A stretch of 64,000 nt of DNA, filler included, from Gonapodya sp. JEL0774 (lineage: Eukaryota), in the NCBI GenBank assembly GCA_027604505.1. It is 19 parts of 19 records of this genome, joined end to end, with 100 filler letters (N's around TTAATTAATTAA, not from the genome) between each part and the next. Parts side by side here need not be neighbours in the genome. Positions count along the whole stretch, not along the records: positions 20,418 to 23,705 come from JADIIX010001360.1; positions 23,806 to 27,092 come from JADIIX010001361.1; positions 27,193 to 30,479 come from JADIIX010001362.1; positions 30,580 to 33,864 come from JADIIX010001363.1; 15 more parts are not named here. One strand, written 5' to 3'. Positions 22,637-33,964 of the stretch are shown here, piece after piece (the stretch's first letter is position 1; each line of letters begins with the position of its first letter). Both the position numbers and the translations under genes were made by a program. The notes beneath the pieces were generated by a model. The model was not told the DNA's origin. It saw only the letters and a list, made by a program, of their open reading frames with translations, and ran no database searches.

Positions 22637-23705
22637 TCAAATCTGCCAGGCCCCGCCAACCACGCTCCCTATTGTCCACGTTACCCAATCCGGTAGCGTC
22701 CTTCGAATCCCCCTCAAAACCTCGCCTTCATCCCAAACCAACCCGGCGGTATCAAACCAATCCGTGCTCCCATACACACCCCAATCTCCAATTCGCCCAT
22801 CCACGTTCCACATCCGCTTGTCGAATCCCCAGAATTCGGCCTTGATCCTGCTCGCCGCGCAGGTTTGGGCGTCAAAGTTCTCGGGGCAGCGTACCTCGAT
22901 AGTCATCTCCCACTCGTGCACACCGTATCCCATGGTATTGCGCACTACGTGCATGCGTTCACCGGCCTCATCCAACGGGACGTCCAGACTCCATGCGACA
23001 ACATCCGCGGTGAAAGTCAAAGCAGACCAACCTATGCCCTCTTGTTGGATCTGAAGCTGTATGCGGCGTGAGTTGGTGGCAGGGATGTAGGTCGAGGTGG
23101 ATGTCAAGGTTGGGTTGGGTCGTACAGATATTCTACCCAATTTGCGTCGTGTCGCGTTGTGTGGGATGAGCGAGCTGAACGCAGTGTACGGGTAATTGAC
23201 AGCTTGGACAAAGGTCCTATTGTTGGTGAAGTACAAGGATTAAAATCCCCACCTGCTACAGTTGGGCATCAAAAATGAATGTTCAAACTCACGATACTGG
23301 GTAGAACACATGCCCATTCGCTCCAAGAACAACTGCCCTCTCATGCCACGTTTCGTCCCCCGCCCAACCAATCTTCCCTTCGATCGCCGCCAAAGCCATT
23401 CCAAATCCCATGCTGTCGTGTTCGATCCTTCCGAACGTGACCCACTTCGAGTTGCCGGACGGCGAGTCCAACACCGGAGCGGTCACATTTTCGTTGAGAA
23501 GTAACACGATGTGTTTCGGGTGGTCCGTGCCATCAAAGGGAAACACCCAGTGCGTAACGACAACGGGCACGACCAGTGTAAGGGTCAACAACACCACCAG
23601 GGCCCATTTGATGTGACGTTCGCCTGGTCCTCCGAAGCGGTGCATAAAACCGGCGAGTGGGCACAATGCGAGCCAAACGATGATGCCGGTGAGTGCCCCA
23701 ACGAC
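22637..23705 (-). CDS. C-terminal part of an M28 membrane metallopeptidase (ERMP1-like)
   Basis: TM helix followed by VFPFDGTDHPKH and a beta-rich C-terminal domain ending LPDWVT. Confidence 0.55.
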
Positions 23706-23805
23706 NNNNNNNNNNNNNNNNNNNNNNNNNNNNNNNNNNNNNNNNNNNNTTAATTAATTAANNNNNNNNNNNNNNNNNNNNNNNNNNNNNNNNNNNNNNN
23801 NNNNN

Positions 23806-26042
23806 TTTCTGGTGAGCGTATGCTTTGCCCTCAACCATACACCAACCATTGCTTTCCTTTCTCTACCCAACCTCCCCCGCCCCGCTTCTTACCCGTCGGC
23901 TCCTTCCATCGACCACGCACCGTGACACTCGCACAACATCAATCTACGCCACCACCAGCCGAGGGCGATGAACTCATCTCGCTCGCTGTGAGTGACAAGG
24001 AGCGCCTCGCTCGCAAAACCGAGCAAGCCAAGAAAAAGCCCGGATACAATCCCTTCGAATCTGCTGAAGACGAGGGTGCCGGTACATCCAAGGGCATCTT
24101 ATCCCAATACGACGAGGAGATCGACGGAATGGCCAAGGATTCTTTCGTCATTGGTGCGGGTGGGCGAGTTTCGGTTGAGGAAGAGCGCAGACGGCGGGAG
24201 GAAGCTGCCGATGGAAGGCGGATGGGCGGGATTCCTGCGGGTGCTCGAATGGAGAACTTAAAATACGAGAAGGCGCGGGAGATTGGGGATTATTTGACGA
24301 AGGAGGAGGACGAGGCTTTGCAGAAGGAAGCGTCGTTCAAAAAGATAAAGAAGAAGGGCAAGAAGGAACGCAGGACCCGGACAAGGGAGGATGATGACGG
24401 TCTCGATGCAGCCGCTACCGGTGGCGATGTGGAAATGACTCCAGCGGATGCAAGGCCTGCCCCCGATCCTTACGCCTTTTCCAACGCCACGCGTGACACC
24501 TCGACAACCAACTTTGTCGACGATGACGATCTGCAAGCAGCGTTAGCGCGGCAGAGGCGATTGGCTGCCCGTAAGAGGGCCAATGAACAAGCGGTTGCGG
24601 CTCCGGAGGACGTGGCAAGAATGATCAAGCAAGAAGAAGAAGCCAAGGTCGAGGCTGGTCTAGACGAAAATGGAGAAGCATTAGACGGAGACGTGCAGAT
24701 GGGCGGTGAACTCAAGGGCGAAAGCGACTCTGATGACGAAGATGATGCGGTGCCACTCGTCTTATCCGACACGTCCGAATTCGTGCGCAACTTGCCCTCG
24801 GTTTCCGTTTTCCAGGAGCGACAGATGGCCGCTGAGCGGCGCCGCCGTGCCGTTGAAGCAGCGGCTTCTGCTTCCGCTTCCGCTGATGCGGAAATGCCGA
24901 TGAAGCGGGAAGAGGACGAGGATATCGAAGAAATGGATGTGGAGGATGCACGTAGGAGGAGCGGGGTCGGTCGATGGTCACCTGAAGATGGGGATGAAGA
25001 GGAAGAGGAGGAAGGGGACGCAGGGGACTTGGCCACTAGAGCGAGGTTATCGGGTGGTGGGTGGACGGAAGCCGCAGAGGATGGAGAGATTGAAGGGAAA
25101 GGAAGTGTTTTGGAGAGGATTGAGGGCGGCGCTCAAGATGGTGGCGCGGAAGGAGATAATTTGGTAAGTGAAAAGGACGAGAAGGGTGGGGCAGATCGAG
25201 CAAAGCGTTTCGAAACTCATGATGCTCTTTCGCTCATAGGTTGGCATTGCAGAGGAACCTCTCGTGGGCAGCGGCCTTGGTGCTGCCCTGGGATACCTCC
25301 AATCTCGGGGAATGATCGAGAAGATGACCCCAGAGAACCAAGAGCGGGAAGACTTGATTCGCAAACGAGCCCGATGGGCCGCCGATCAAAAATCGCGCGA
25401 CCTGCGGCGCAAGATGGAGGATCAAAAGCGCAAAGAGGCTCGTCGAGAGGTCGAGAACAAGAAGAAGAAGGGTGGCGGGGGACAGCAATCGTATTGGGAA
25501 GAGGAGGAACGCGCACGGGAGGAAGCTATTCTGGAACGACAAAGGGCTCGAGAACTGGAAGACAAGTACAAGGACTACAAGCCGGTTGTGAACATTGAGT
25601 ACACGAACGAGTTTGGTATGAAAATGGACCAGAAGGAGGCTTTCAAGTACCTGTCACATCGGTTCCACGGCAAAGGGTCCGGCAAGATGAAGATTGAGAA
25701 GCGTTTGCTCAAGATTCAGGAGAAACTCAAAGAGGAGGCGGCGTCAAGCTCGGCACCTATTGGAACGGTCCACAAGATGCAGGAAGCGACAAAGCGGTTA
25801 GGACAGGTCAGTTTTGTCTCGCCGAGGTGCCTTGAGCCTTCAAATTTTTCTTCATGCTGATCCTCCAACCTCACAAATAGGCGCACATTGTTCTCCAAGT
25901 CGGTAACCGGGGGGTAGCACCCGCTCTCCCACCCATTGCAGGGCCTGTCGATCCCGTGAAGAAGACCGGTGCCTCTGTAAGTAAGGTGTCTAAACGCAAG
26001 GCTGACGGCGGAGGTAGCGAGGCAAAGAAAGCGAAGCGATAG
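23806..26042 (+). CDS. SNU66: U4/U6.U5 tri-snRNP protein Snu66/SART1, 5' truncated
   Basis: ILSQYDEEI, FVDDDDLQAALARQRR, LSDTSEFVRNL, EEPLVGSGLGAALGYL, YKPVVNIEYTNEFG and KEAFKYLSHRFHGKGSGKMKIEKRL. Confidence 0.92.
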
Positions 26043-27192
26043 AATACTTTACTTCTGTATTCCTGGAGTGTGGTGGTAATTTGCGCTGCAGGGAGGGCAC
26101 ATGATTAATCATCTTAAACGATTGACTCAAAAAAGATTGTATAAAACGAGAAGATGCATTGAAATATGTTTGGCGTCGCGAAGGAGGACTCACATGATGA
26201 TCAATGCACCGCCGGTCATTGGATCAAAGGACCGGTGAATCAGCAACATGAATCGATCCAGGCGGCGTGGCCACTATCTACTCGAATCTAGGGAGCTTCT
26301 CCAAAATCGTATTCGTTATGGCCTCCGACTCTCGCAGCTCTGGCAGCTCCGACGAGTTTCAAATCAGTTAAGGAGGATGTTCACAAGACCTGCCTCCTCA
26401 GATTCAGACGCGCTTGTCTGGGTGGCAAGCAACCGCGAGAACTCCGTGATCGGGTTTTCCTTCTTTACAAGATCCACGGTCTTGGTAAAATGGCAGATAT
26501 GCTTAGAGAGTGGGGGATTCACGAGCAGTTCACAACCGTAGCGGATATCATCGGAACCGCGCCGAAACTCAGTGGATCCGCCGCAGCAACCATGTTGGTT
26601 AACTCGGATACGCCCGTCAGAAGCAGCGCATCGAATATCTGGAGCGCGCCTTTGAATGGCGACAGGATATACCCACGCCCGAACAGCTTGTGTCATCATT
26701 CAAGATGAAATTGGAACAGACGTAAGCTCAACATCGACAAAGAAGCCGTATTGTGAAAGCATTGCATGACGTTGCACTTTGCATCGCAGGAACTTTCCTC
26801 CGAACCTCAAAAGCCTTTGCCTCCATGCCACTCGAACTTCACCATAGAAGAATGGAGAGAATTTGTCGATTTACTTAATGATGTGAAACCCAATGAAGCT
26901 CTGGCTCACAGAAGAATTTCTAATAACCTCGCATCATTCTTGAGTGCTCTTCGACAAGCAAATCTTCCAAGGGAACTGCTTCTTATGAATCTGGCACGCC
27001 TCCGACGGTCCTCTCACTCTATGTTCGAAGAAGAAGACACCAATGGGTGGGGGAAATTGGTTGCGCAGGGACTTTTGGATGAATGTGATGCTNNNNNNNN
27101 NNNNNNNNNNNNNNNNNNNNNNNNNNNNNNNNNNNNTTAATTAATTAANNNNNNNNNNNNNNNNNNNNNNNNNNNNNNNNNNNNNNNNNNNN

Positions 27193-28960
27193 TGACCCAG
27201 AAGAACATTCCGACGCTCCAACTCACCATTCTAATGCATCGTCTGACGCTCGATCACCATCTGAAGAAGAAACCACAAAGAGAAAAATTCGAAAAGCAAA
27301 TAAAGAGCAACCACCCCGGCGCGAACTCCCAATATTTATTCCTCCAATAAACGAAGATTGTAAAATTGAAAGCATCCACGGAAGACGCTATAAAAAGAAC
27401 ACGTTTGAATACCAGATTAAACGCACAGACAGTAAGAAGAAGAAATGGGAACCCTTGACAGACGCTTTTTACGAATGTGGACACTGTTTACGCTTGTTGG
27501 ATGACTTTGAAACGTACATAAACAGGAAACCAGACACCACGCCTCAGTAAACGCATCAAGAAGCTTTGAAAAACGTTAGAAACATGGAAAACGGACTCAG
27601 AAACCCTCCAGAAGACGCAATTCTTTGAAACAGACACACAAACATACAATCTCGGAACTTTCCCGTGACCCTGAACGCAAAACTGTAGAGCACTGATCGT
27701 TATCTTATTGGCAGTTTACCCGTACATTTGGATGTGAACCCGACGGTCTTTCAAATACGTCCAGGGACCTCTAACACCACCCCACACGCTTTGAATCTCA
27801 AACTCGCACCCAACGCCTCTACGAGCACACGCATCATGTCGAACGCCTTCTACTTTCTTCGTTCTCGAAATGTCCCACGCATTGATACGGATCCGGTACG
27901 TGAAACGCATTGTTTAAGGGATCCCTCGACCCTGGCGATCGACCCTGTATCTCGTCACGCACCCCAGCCTCGTCCTCCGGCGGAAATTCCAATGATGGAA
28001 CCCGCACCAATCATCCAGAATGCATTCCGCGTTGTCTCAGAGCCTTCTGGACCCGTGATTACAGTGAACCCGGCGGAATTTTTCGGCACCCGCGATCAGG
28101 CCCTTGTGCCTCCACCCCAACCCATCCGTCTCGTCGATTACGACTCCAGCGACGCGGCGTCTCTTCCGGACCTCTCAGATGCCGAATCGATCGTCGCCAT
28201 CACCGTGTACTCGTCCGAGGATTGTGATTCTGATTCTGACATGACGTTGGATGATGAGTTTTACAATGTTCACCCTCTGGCCCGTATTTACAATCATCGC
28301 CCCCCAACTCCTCCCCGCACTCCAACGCCGCCTCCCATCGCGCCAGCTCAACCTCTCCCTCAGCCGAACTTCCAGTTGCAGTGGCTGCCTGTCCCAGGTT
28401 GTATTGCGCTGATTAACCCGTTGGATCCCACCACCACCATTCCACTCTACTTCAATCTTTGGTCCCCAACCAATCTTCCTCAGTACCCCGGCATGAACGG
28501 CCACCACTAGCCGTTGTTGGACACTCTAAGCTACCAAGTAATCTAATTTTTTTCGAAGTTGTTTTTCAAATGTGTTGTTGTTTCTCTTGGAGCGGAGCAA
28601 GTGTCAGGGTCACTGACGATCACCGGATATATGGACAATATATTGAGTTGAGTTTTCCATCGGATTCCAGAACATTCGTCTGGTAGAACACTCTAGAACA
28701 CCGGCGAACAGGAAAAACTCTTTAGCTTAATCTAGTGTTAGCATCCGAGGCTTGCCTATAAAAACCCCATGTTTTCCCCACTAGAGAGACGAAGTTGTAC
28801 CAATCAATAGACAAACGTTTTCTGTATTCCCCTCGACCCATCACCAGGCCCTACATACGTCTCTGAGCTAGATACACCCTAACGTACCCACCCCAGGACA
28901 ACCCCTCCACACAACCAGTCCTTGAGATCTTTGTCGTTATGTCTCACGAGTCCCTGAACA
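27193..28960 (+). mobile_element. 3' end of an LTR retrotransposon: internal region, polypurine tract and ~360-bp LTR (28602-28960)
   Basis: TCTTGGAGCGGAGCAAG purine tract abuts TGTCAGGG (28602); TATA-like CCTATAAAAACCCC near 28756; imperfect inverted end CCCTGAACA (28952-28960). Confidence 0.55.
27728..28510 (+). CDS. Pro-rich/acidic ORF of unknown function upstream of the putative LTR
   Basis: 260-codon intronless open frame ending about 80 bp before the purine tract. Confidence 0.4.
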   Translation: MDVNPTVFQIRPGTSNTTPHALNLKLAPNASTSTRIMSNAFYFLRSRNVPRIDTDPVRETHCLRDPSTLAIDPVSRHAPQPRPPAEIPMMEPAPIIQNAFRVVSEPSGPVITVNPAEFFGTRDQALVPPPQPIRLVDYDSSDAASLPDLSDAESIVAITVYSSEDCDSDSDMTLDDEFYNVHPLARIYNHRPPTPPRTPTPPPIAPAQPLPQPNFQLQWLPVPGCIALINPLDPTTTIPLYFNLWSPTNLPQYPGMNGHH

Positions 28961-29683
28961 ACATCTTCACCCAGTATGGTGAGCTCCGAAATGACTTCAA
29001 ATGAGTATAAACCTCTTGCAATGTGTTTAATCCCTTCCCTCTTATTCGTACTCACCGGTAGCCATTAAATCAATGAAGAAGAATACTTCGTCGGTGAGTG
29101 CCACAGACGTACGGTTCCCACAAAGTGCCGAATGGTTTTATCTGCTTTATTTCCTTTCCGGCCATGATTTGCATTCGATGTGGTAGGAGGCATGCTCGAT
29201 CATCAACATGTCGTCACGTGCAGGTCTCTCTGGCCCGTCCTCACTGATCTCATATGCGGCATCAAAGTGGGCGGTAAGGGGAATGACCAAGAGCGTCGCA
29301 GGATACTGCTCCGACAAAGGTTACAAAATCAGGGTGAATTCAGTTCGTGAGTGATTTGTGGCCTTTTTTTGCCAGTTTCCATGCTGACGTTCATGTTCTC
29401 GTACACAATTAGATCCAGGTATGTCAGTGAATGCGACAATACGATGTGCTCAATATTGATGTATCTCTCCATCCTAGGTATCATCCGTACTGACATGACT
29501 CGTGGTATGCAGTGGTTCACAGAAGATGACAAACCCCTTGTGAACCAGTTGGAAACAATTTCGATGGTGAAGAGGTCTGCGGATCCCAAGGAAGTTGCGA
29601 ACTTGGTCTTGTTCCTTGCAACGAACGAGAGCAGCTACTCAAATGCGTCAGAGTTCATCGTGGATGGGGGTTGGCCGCAGTGA
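28961..29683 (+). pseudogene. Short-chain dehydrogenase/reductase (3alpha,20beta-HSD-like), 5' half missing
   Basis: Spliced TQY/AIKSMKKN.../SIINMSSRAG...YAASKWAVRGMTKSVA...IRVNSV/.PGIIRTDM...EVANLVLFLA...EFIVDGG. No N-terminal TGxxxGxG on this contig. Confidence 0.8.
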
Positions 29684-29953
29684 GCACGGGGGTGCTCGCG
29701 ACTATGCGAAGTATTTTCGAAGGTTTGAGCCGCCGGAATTGTAGCAAGTTTCCAGAAAGAATATTCGGAGTTTCTTAACGCAAAATGCGCAAATTTTAGT
29801 TACTAACTAAACTATTCCTACCGGCCTGACTCCACTCACGGGACACTCTCCAACGCCGTTTGCGCTACCTGAGCTAATTATCGCACTAATCTCGCACATT
29901 CACCTTATTAGTTCCGAAAAACCATCTCTGAGTCCAACATAATAACTACTCCA

Positions 29954-30302
29954 TTACACTGGTACTCCCACACCACCTGGTCTAACCAGGCTTTGTCGGC
30001 GCTCTCGCCTCTTCCGCCAACGGTGTCGGCCATATTTATACGCCACCGTGCAAAACCCGTCGATGAGCTCCATCACTGTGAGAACACCGAAGCCGAGCGT
30101 GACGCCGATCATACCTAAAGCGTGTTGGAACAGTCGTTTAGATTTGGACGGAGCCGAACTTACGTCCTGGTGCAGCATGTGATCGCATGTGCTTTCAGCA
30201 ACTCACCCGACAGATCTCCCGCAAAGTTGGCTAGAGTGTACGCTTGTGACTCCGTCACAGTGGATACGACGAGATCGTCAAGGATGATCTCCAACTCAAA
30301 CC
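29954..30302 (-). CDS. DEG/ENaC/ASIC-like channel, last exons (pre-TM2, TM2, basic tail); remainder beyond contig end
   Basis: Removing intron 30206-30115 (GTGAGT...TTTAG) gives FELEIILDDLVVSTVTESQAYTLANFAGDLSGMIGVTLGFGVLTVMELIDGFCTVAYKYGRHRWRKRRERR. Confidence 0.7.
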
Positions 30303-30914
30303 CTTCATAGGGTTCGTTTAATTATTCATTCGATCAGAAGCCACCAAATAAAAAAGTAGGTGATGCGATTTTCATTCGTAGCCGTTGACGAAACAGAAAG
30401 AGGTTATCAAAGAACGTCATGTTTCGTTATTGTGGCCGCACCCAGTCATTGTTTGGTGCCCAGAGTTCATTGACGTTACNNNNNNNNNNNNNNNNNNNNN
30501 NNNNNNNNNNNNNNNNNNNNNNNTTAATTAATTAANNNNNNNNNNNNNNNNNNNNNNNNNNNNNNNNNNNNNNNNNNNNGAGTACAAGCTGAGGGTGTGC
30601 AAAGTTGAGAGAGAATACGAATGGGAAAGGAGTAAGCTGTGATACTACACTGTTTGAATGGAGAATGCGGGCTGCCTATTGATTCTTGCGGGTTTGTGGT
30701 GTGTGTCCAAAGTGCTCATTGCGTTTCCTCGAGTCCTACTCTCTCACTCATTGCATGTTCGTGGTTCCGCATCCGAATTATTTGGTACTAGTCAGATTAT
30801 GTACAATGGTACACGATATCAGCAGATGCAGTGCTCACTTCGTCATGGGTTGTGGGGGATTCACGCACTACCACCATTTGGGCAGCCCCACCACGCCACA
30901 CACCTTCTCCCTTC

Positions 30915-32173
30915 TCAATCCTCCTCCTTCATGACCACATATTCTCGCGTACTGAGTCCAAACTTGATCACGTCCCCCTGTCTTAGCTCCATGAACCGCG
31001 AACTGGGGGCTTGTTCGCCGTTGAGGAACGTGCCGTTTCCGGAATCCAGGTCAATGAGGTAGGGTCTAAATATGAAAAGAGAAAGGGGAGGTGAGTCGTG
31101 AACTGTGTGCGGCTAAGGCGTAGAGCCGCGAAAGAAGGTGGTGAAGCGAGCAGGGGATTAAACTTGCAGGGGGGGTAATTGCCCGTTTATCACTGTCCAG
31201 TTCCCAGGCCCAGTCCTTTTCCTTCTCTCCTCCAGCCATCCCGTTCTCCGCCACCGACATGGACTCGCCCCTCTTTCAACTCACCTCACAACCTTCCCCC
31301 CATCCTTGCTCTCCACGACCCGGAATTGCACCACCGCGTGCTGCTTGGAACAGCTCGGGTGGTCGATTGGAATGTCGGCCACAAGACGGTCACGGCCGAG
31401 GAGGTATGCGGATTGGCGGTGGATGTGGAGGATGTCTGGAGGGTGGGCGGGTTGGCGAAAAGAGAATGTGACACGGGTGTTATATCGAGCTCAGCTGAAA
31501 TCATTCAAAACAGCAACAGTGTGTGCAAATGAAAGAGAAGGAGAAATCCAGACATGATGTCGCAATTCAAGCCGCAAACCACGGTCCTTCAAGTTTTCTA
31601 CTCGGACCGTCGGAACTGCTCGCACGCGTCGCTCCTCGATTCGGCTTCAGGATCCTTGTAGAACACACATACAGTTCCAAGAAATACATATGACTGATCG
31701 ATGACTCCAACCGTCTCACCTGTCTCTTTCCCATCTTTGAAAACGTACAGCCTCCACCTTTGACTGGGTTTCCTCGCCTCGGGAGGTTCCGAGTACTTCA
31801 AGACCACACCCTTGTATGTATTTTGCTCGGCATTGAGCTTCCCAGAGAGGGCGAAGTTGGGTTTCTCCTTGGGAAGTTCGGCAAACTCGTCTGCATTATC
31901 AGGCGCTGGTGGGCCCCCCACGGCAGCAGAAGGAGGACTGCGAGATCGGCGGATTTGAGAATCAGGCTCTTCTCGGTGGGAGTCTCGGTCTCGCCGTCGG
32001 TCGTCGCTCCGGTCACCGTTTCGTTCTCGTCCCTGTCCGACTTTGACGTCCTCTCCGTTGCGGTCGTCCGGCCTGTACCCTTGGCGGTTTTTATCCTCAT
32101 CGCGTCTACGATGCTTTTTGTTTCGCTCCGAGTCCGAGTCCGAGTCTGAATGGCGGCGGCGACGCTCCGACAT
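30915..32173 (-). CDS. SNIP1: FHA-domain splicing factor SNIP1/PML1/DAWDLE-like
   Basis: Arg/Asp-rich N-terminus; KPNFALSGKL, LKYSEPPEARKP..WRLYVFKDG/LHIHRQSAYLLGRDR..ADIPIDHPSCSKQHAVVQFR/PYLIDLDSGNGTFLN...FGLSTREY. Confidence 0.92.
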
Positions 32174-32315
32174 ATGTTTGAAGTAAAGGGATTCCTCTCC
32201 CCCGCGCAGGCACCGCAGTCCCAAAACATCCTCACAAATGGAAACTGAAAATCTTTGCGACGAGTTTCGTATTAAGTAGAGCCAATATATTTAAGCAAGG
32301 GAGAAACTATCGACT

Positions 32316-33416
32316 TTAGGGCAATTTAGCTGCCGTGATTCTTGCAAAGGGCCGTCGTGGGCTAAGGGTCGAAACACAAGCACCGTGCTTTCGCACGAGC
32401 TCTATAACCTCCTCATACCCCTGCTTTTGAGCGCATGTGAGCGCATAAGATTTGCAACTCCCAGAGTCCCGCCGGGCGTCTGCTCCCCTGTCCAACAACA
32501 GTTGTACAGTTTTGAGCCTCCCCTTGGCGACAGCACTCCAAAGCGCTCCATCGTCTCCCGCATGAATGTTCGCTCCATTGTCCAACAGGAGAAGTATAAT
32601 GTCCAAGTGGCCACTATACGATGCCTCTTCAAGAGCCTTTCCGTTTCCTGCGTTCACATCGGCACCGAGAGACATAAGGATCCTCACGATTTCAATTTGC
32701 CCACTCCTTACGCCCATGTACAGCGCTTCGTCGTCTTTGACGTGAATGTCCGCACCGTGCTCCAACAGAAACCTGACTACCTCGAGTTTCCCGTGAAGAC
32801 ATGCGCAAAGGAGAGGACGCCCTGTCTTGAACCCATTGTGAGTACCCTGAACATCCGCGCCCAACTTGACCAAGATTTGGACAGCGTGCAAGTGTCCGAC
32901 TTGGGCTGCAGCTTCCAATGCGGTCGTTTCCCCGCGTGGATGTGGAACAACCTGGTTCAACCATCTACGATCGTTTACCCCTGAGATTCGTTCGACGATC
33001 GCCTCAATGACCGGGTGTTGGCTAGTACCGGGTCTCAAAGTCTCGACCACCAAGGAGGTGGCAGGACTGGTGTAGTGTGCAAGTGCGCGGTCTGCGATGC
33101 TGGAAGGGGTTCGGAATATCGGGGCCAATCTCTTACTGAGAGCACCCGAGGGGAGACCGAGACGGAAAGGAAGGTACCGTCCGATGTGGAGTATGATTTC
33201 AGTCGGAAGGGCCGTGAGGTTCAACTGCAGCGAACGCTTGAGTGGAGGCTGGGAGCGCGGGCGAAATAGGAGAGGAGGCCGCAGTCGTTCAAAGAGCGAA
33301 CGAAAATGTACAGGGGACAGCCGCTGAGACGAAGCGGCGATTGTGGTGCGCGGATCATCCATGACATGTGACGAGTTCTCGGGCTGCCAGATCGATGCCA
33401 ACATCTCCGTCACCAA
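32316..33416 (-). CDS. F-box-like plus ankyrin-repeat protein, intronless
   Basis: LTALPTEIILHIGRYL followed by about six ankyrin repeats (G-H/K-x-E/D-x-V-x-x-L-L-x-x-GAD). Confidence 0.85.
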   Translation of the reverse strand: MVTEMLASIWQPENSSHVMDDPRTTIAASSQRLSPVHFRSLFERLRPPLLFRPRSQPPLKRSLQLNLTALPTEIILHIGRYLPFRLGLPSGALSKRLAPIFRTPSSIADRALAHYTSPATSLVVETLRPGTSQHPVIEAIVERISGVNDRRWLNQVVPHPRGETTALEAAAQVGHLHAVQILVKLGADVQGTHNGFKTGRPLLCACLHGKLEVVRFLLEHGADIHVKDDEALYMGVRSGQIEIVRILMSLGADVNAGNGKALEEASYSGHLDIILLLLDNGANIHAGDDGALWSAVAKGRLKTVQLLLDRGADARRDSGSCKSYALTCAQKQGYEEVIELVRKHGACVSTLSPRRPFARITAAKLP

Positions 33417-33763
33417 GGCTGCTTGCCTCAGTCGCCAGGAAGTGTATCAGCAATCTTGTAGAGGTGCATACAAGCGGATTAATTAGTTGATGACCTATAA
33501 AACATCGTTTCTACACACCGTCACGGGGAGATTAGCGATCTTTCAGTTGCACTATCCTTTCGGTACCAAGTTCCCTGAAACTTCCGTTACTGTGGAATTC
33601 ACTCAGGTGAGCACTAGATACATTTGCACGACTAAGTTACTAGTTTTGTTTGTTTGTGGGTTTGCCGTACACAAAACTGTGTGCAGATGTGTAGTTGTAC
33701 ACACGTGTGATCACCAACCCCAGCATTCTCACTCAGACTTCTTTTCATCGTCACTTGATAGAG

Positions 33764-33864
33764 ATGCCCGACCTGTACTCGTATCTGGAGATTCCGCATG
33801 ATGCCAGTCAGGAAGACGTAAGAAAGGTCAGACAACGGAAATGCCAGCTGATACTCGAGACATG
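33764..33864 (+). CDS. First exon of a DnaJ-domain protein
   Basis: MPDLYSYLEIPHDASQEDVRK followed by a GT donor; J-domain helix I-II pattern. Confidence 0.65.
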
Positions 33865-33964
33865 NNNNNNNNNNNNNNNNNNNNNNNNNNNNNNNNNNNN
33901 NNNNNNNNTTAATTAATTAANNNNNNNNNNNNNNNNNNNNNNNNNNNNNNNNNNNNNNNNNNNN

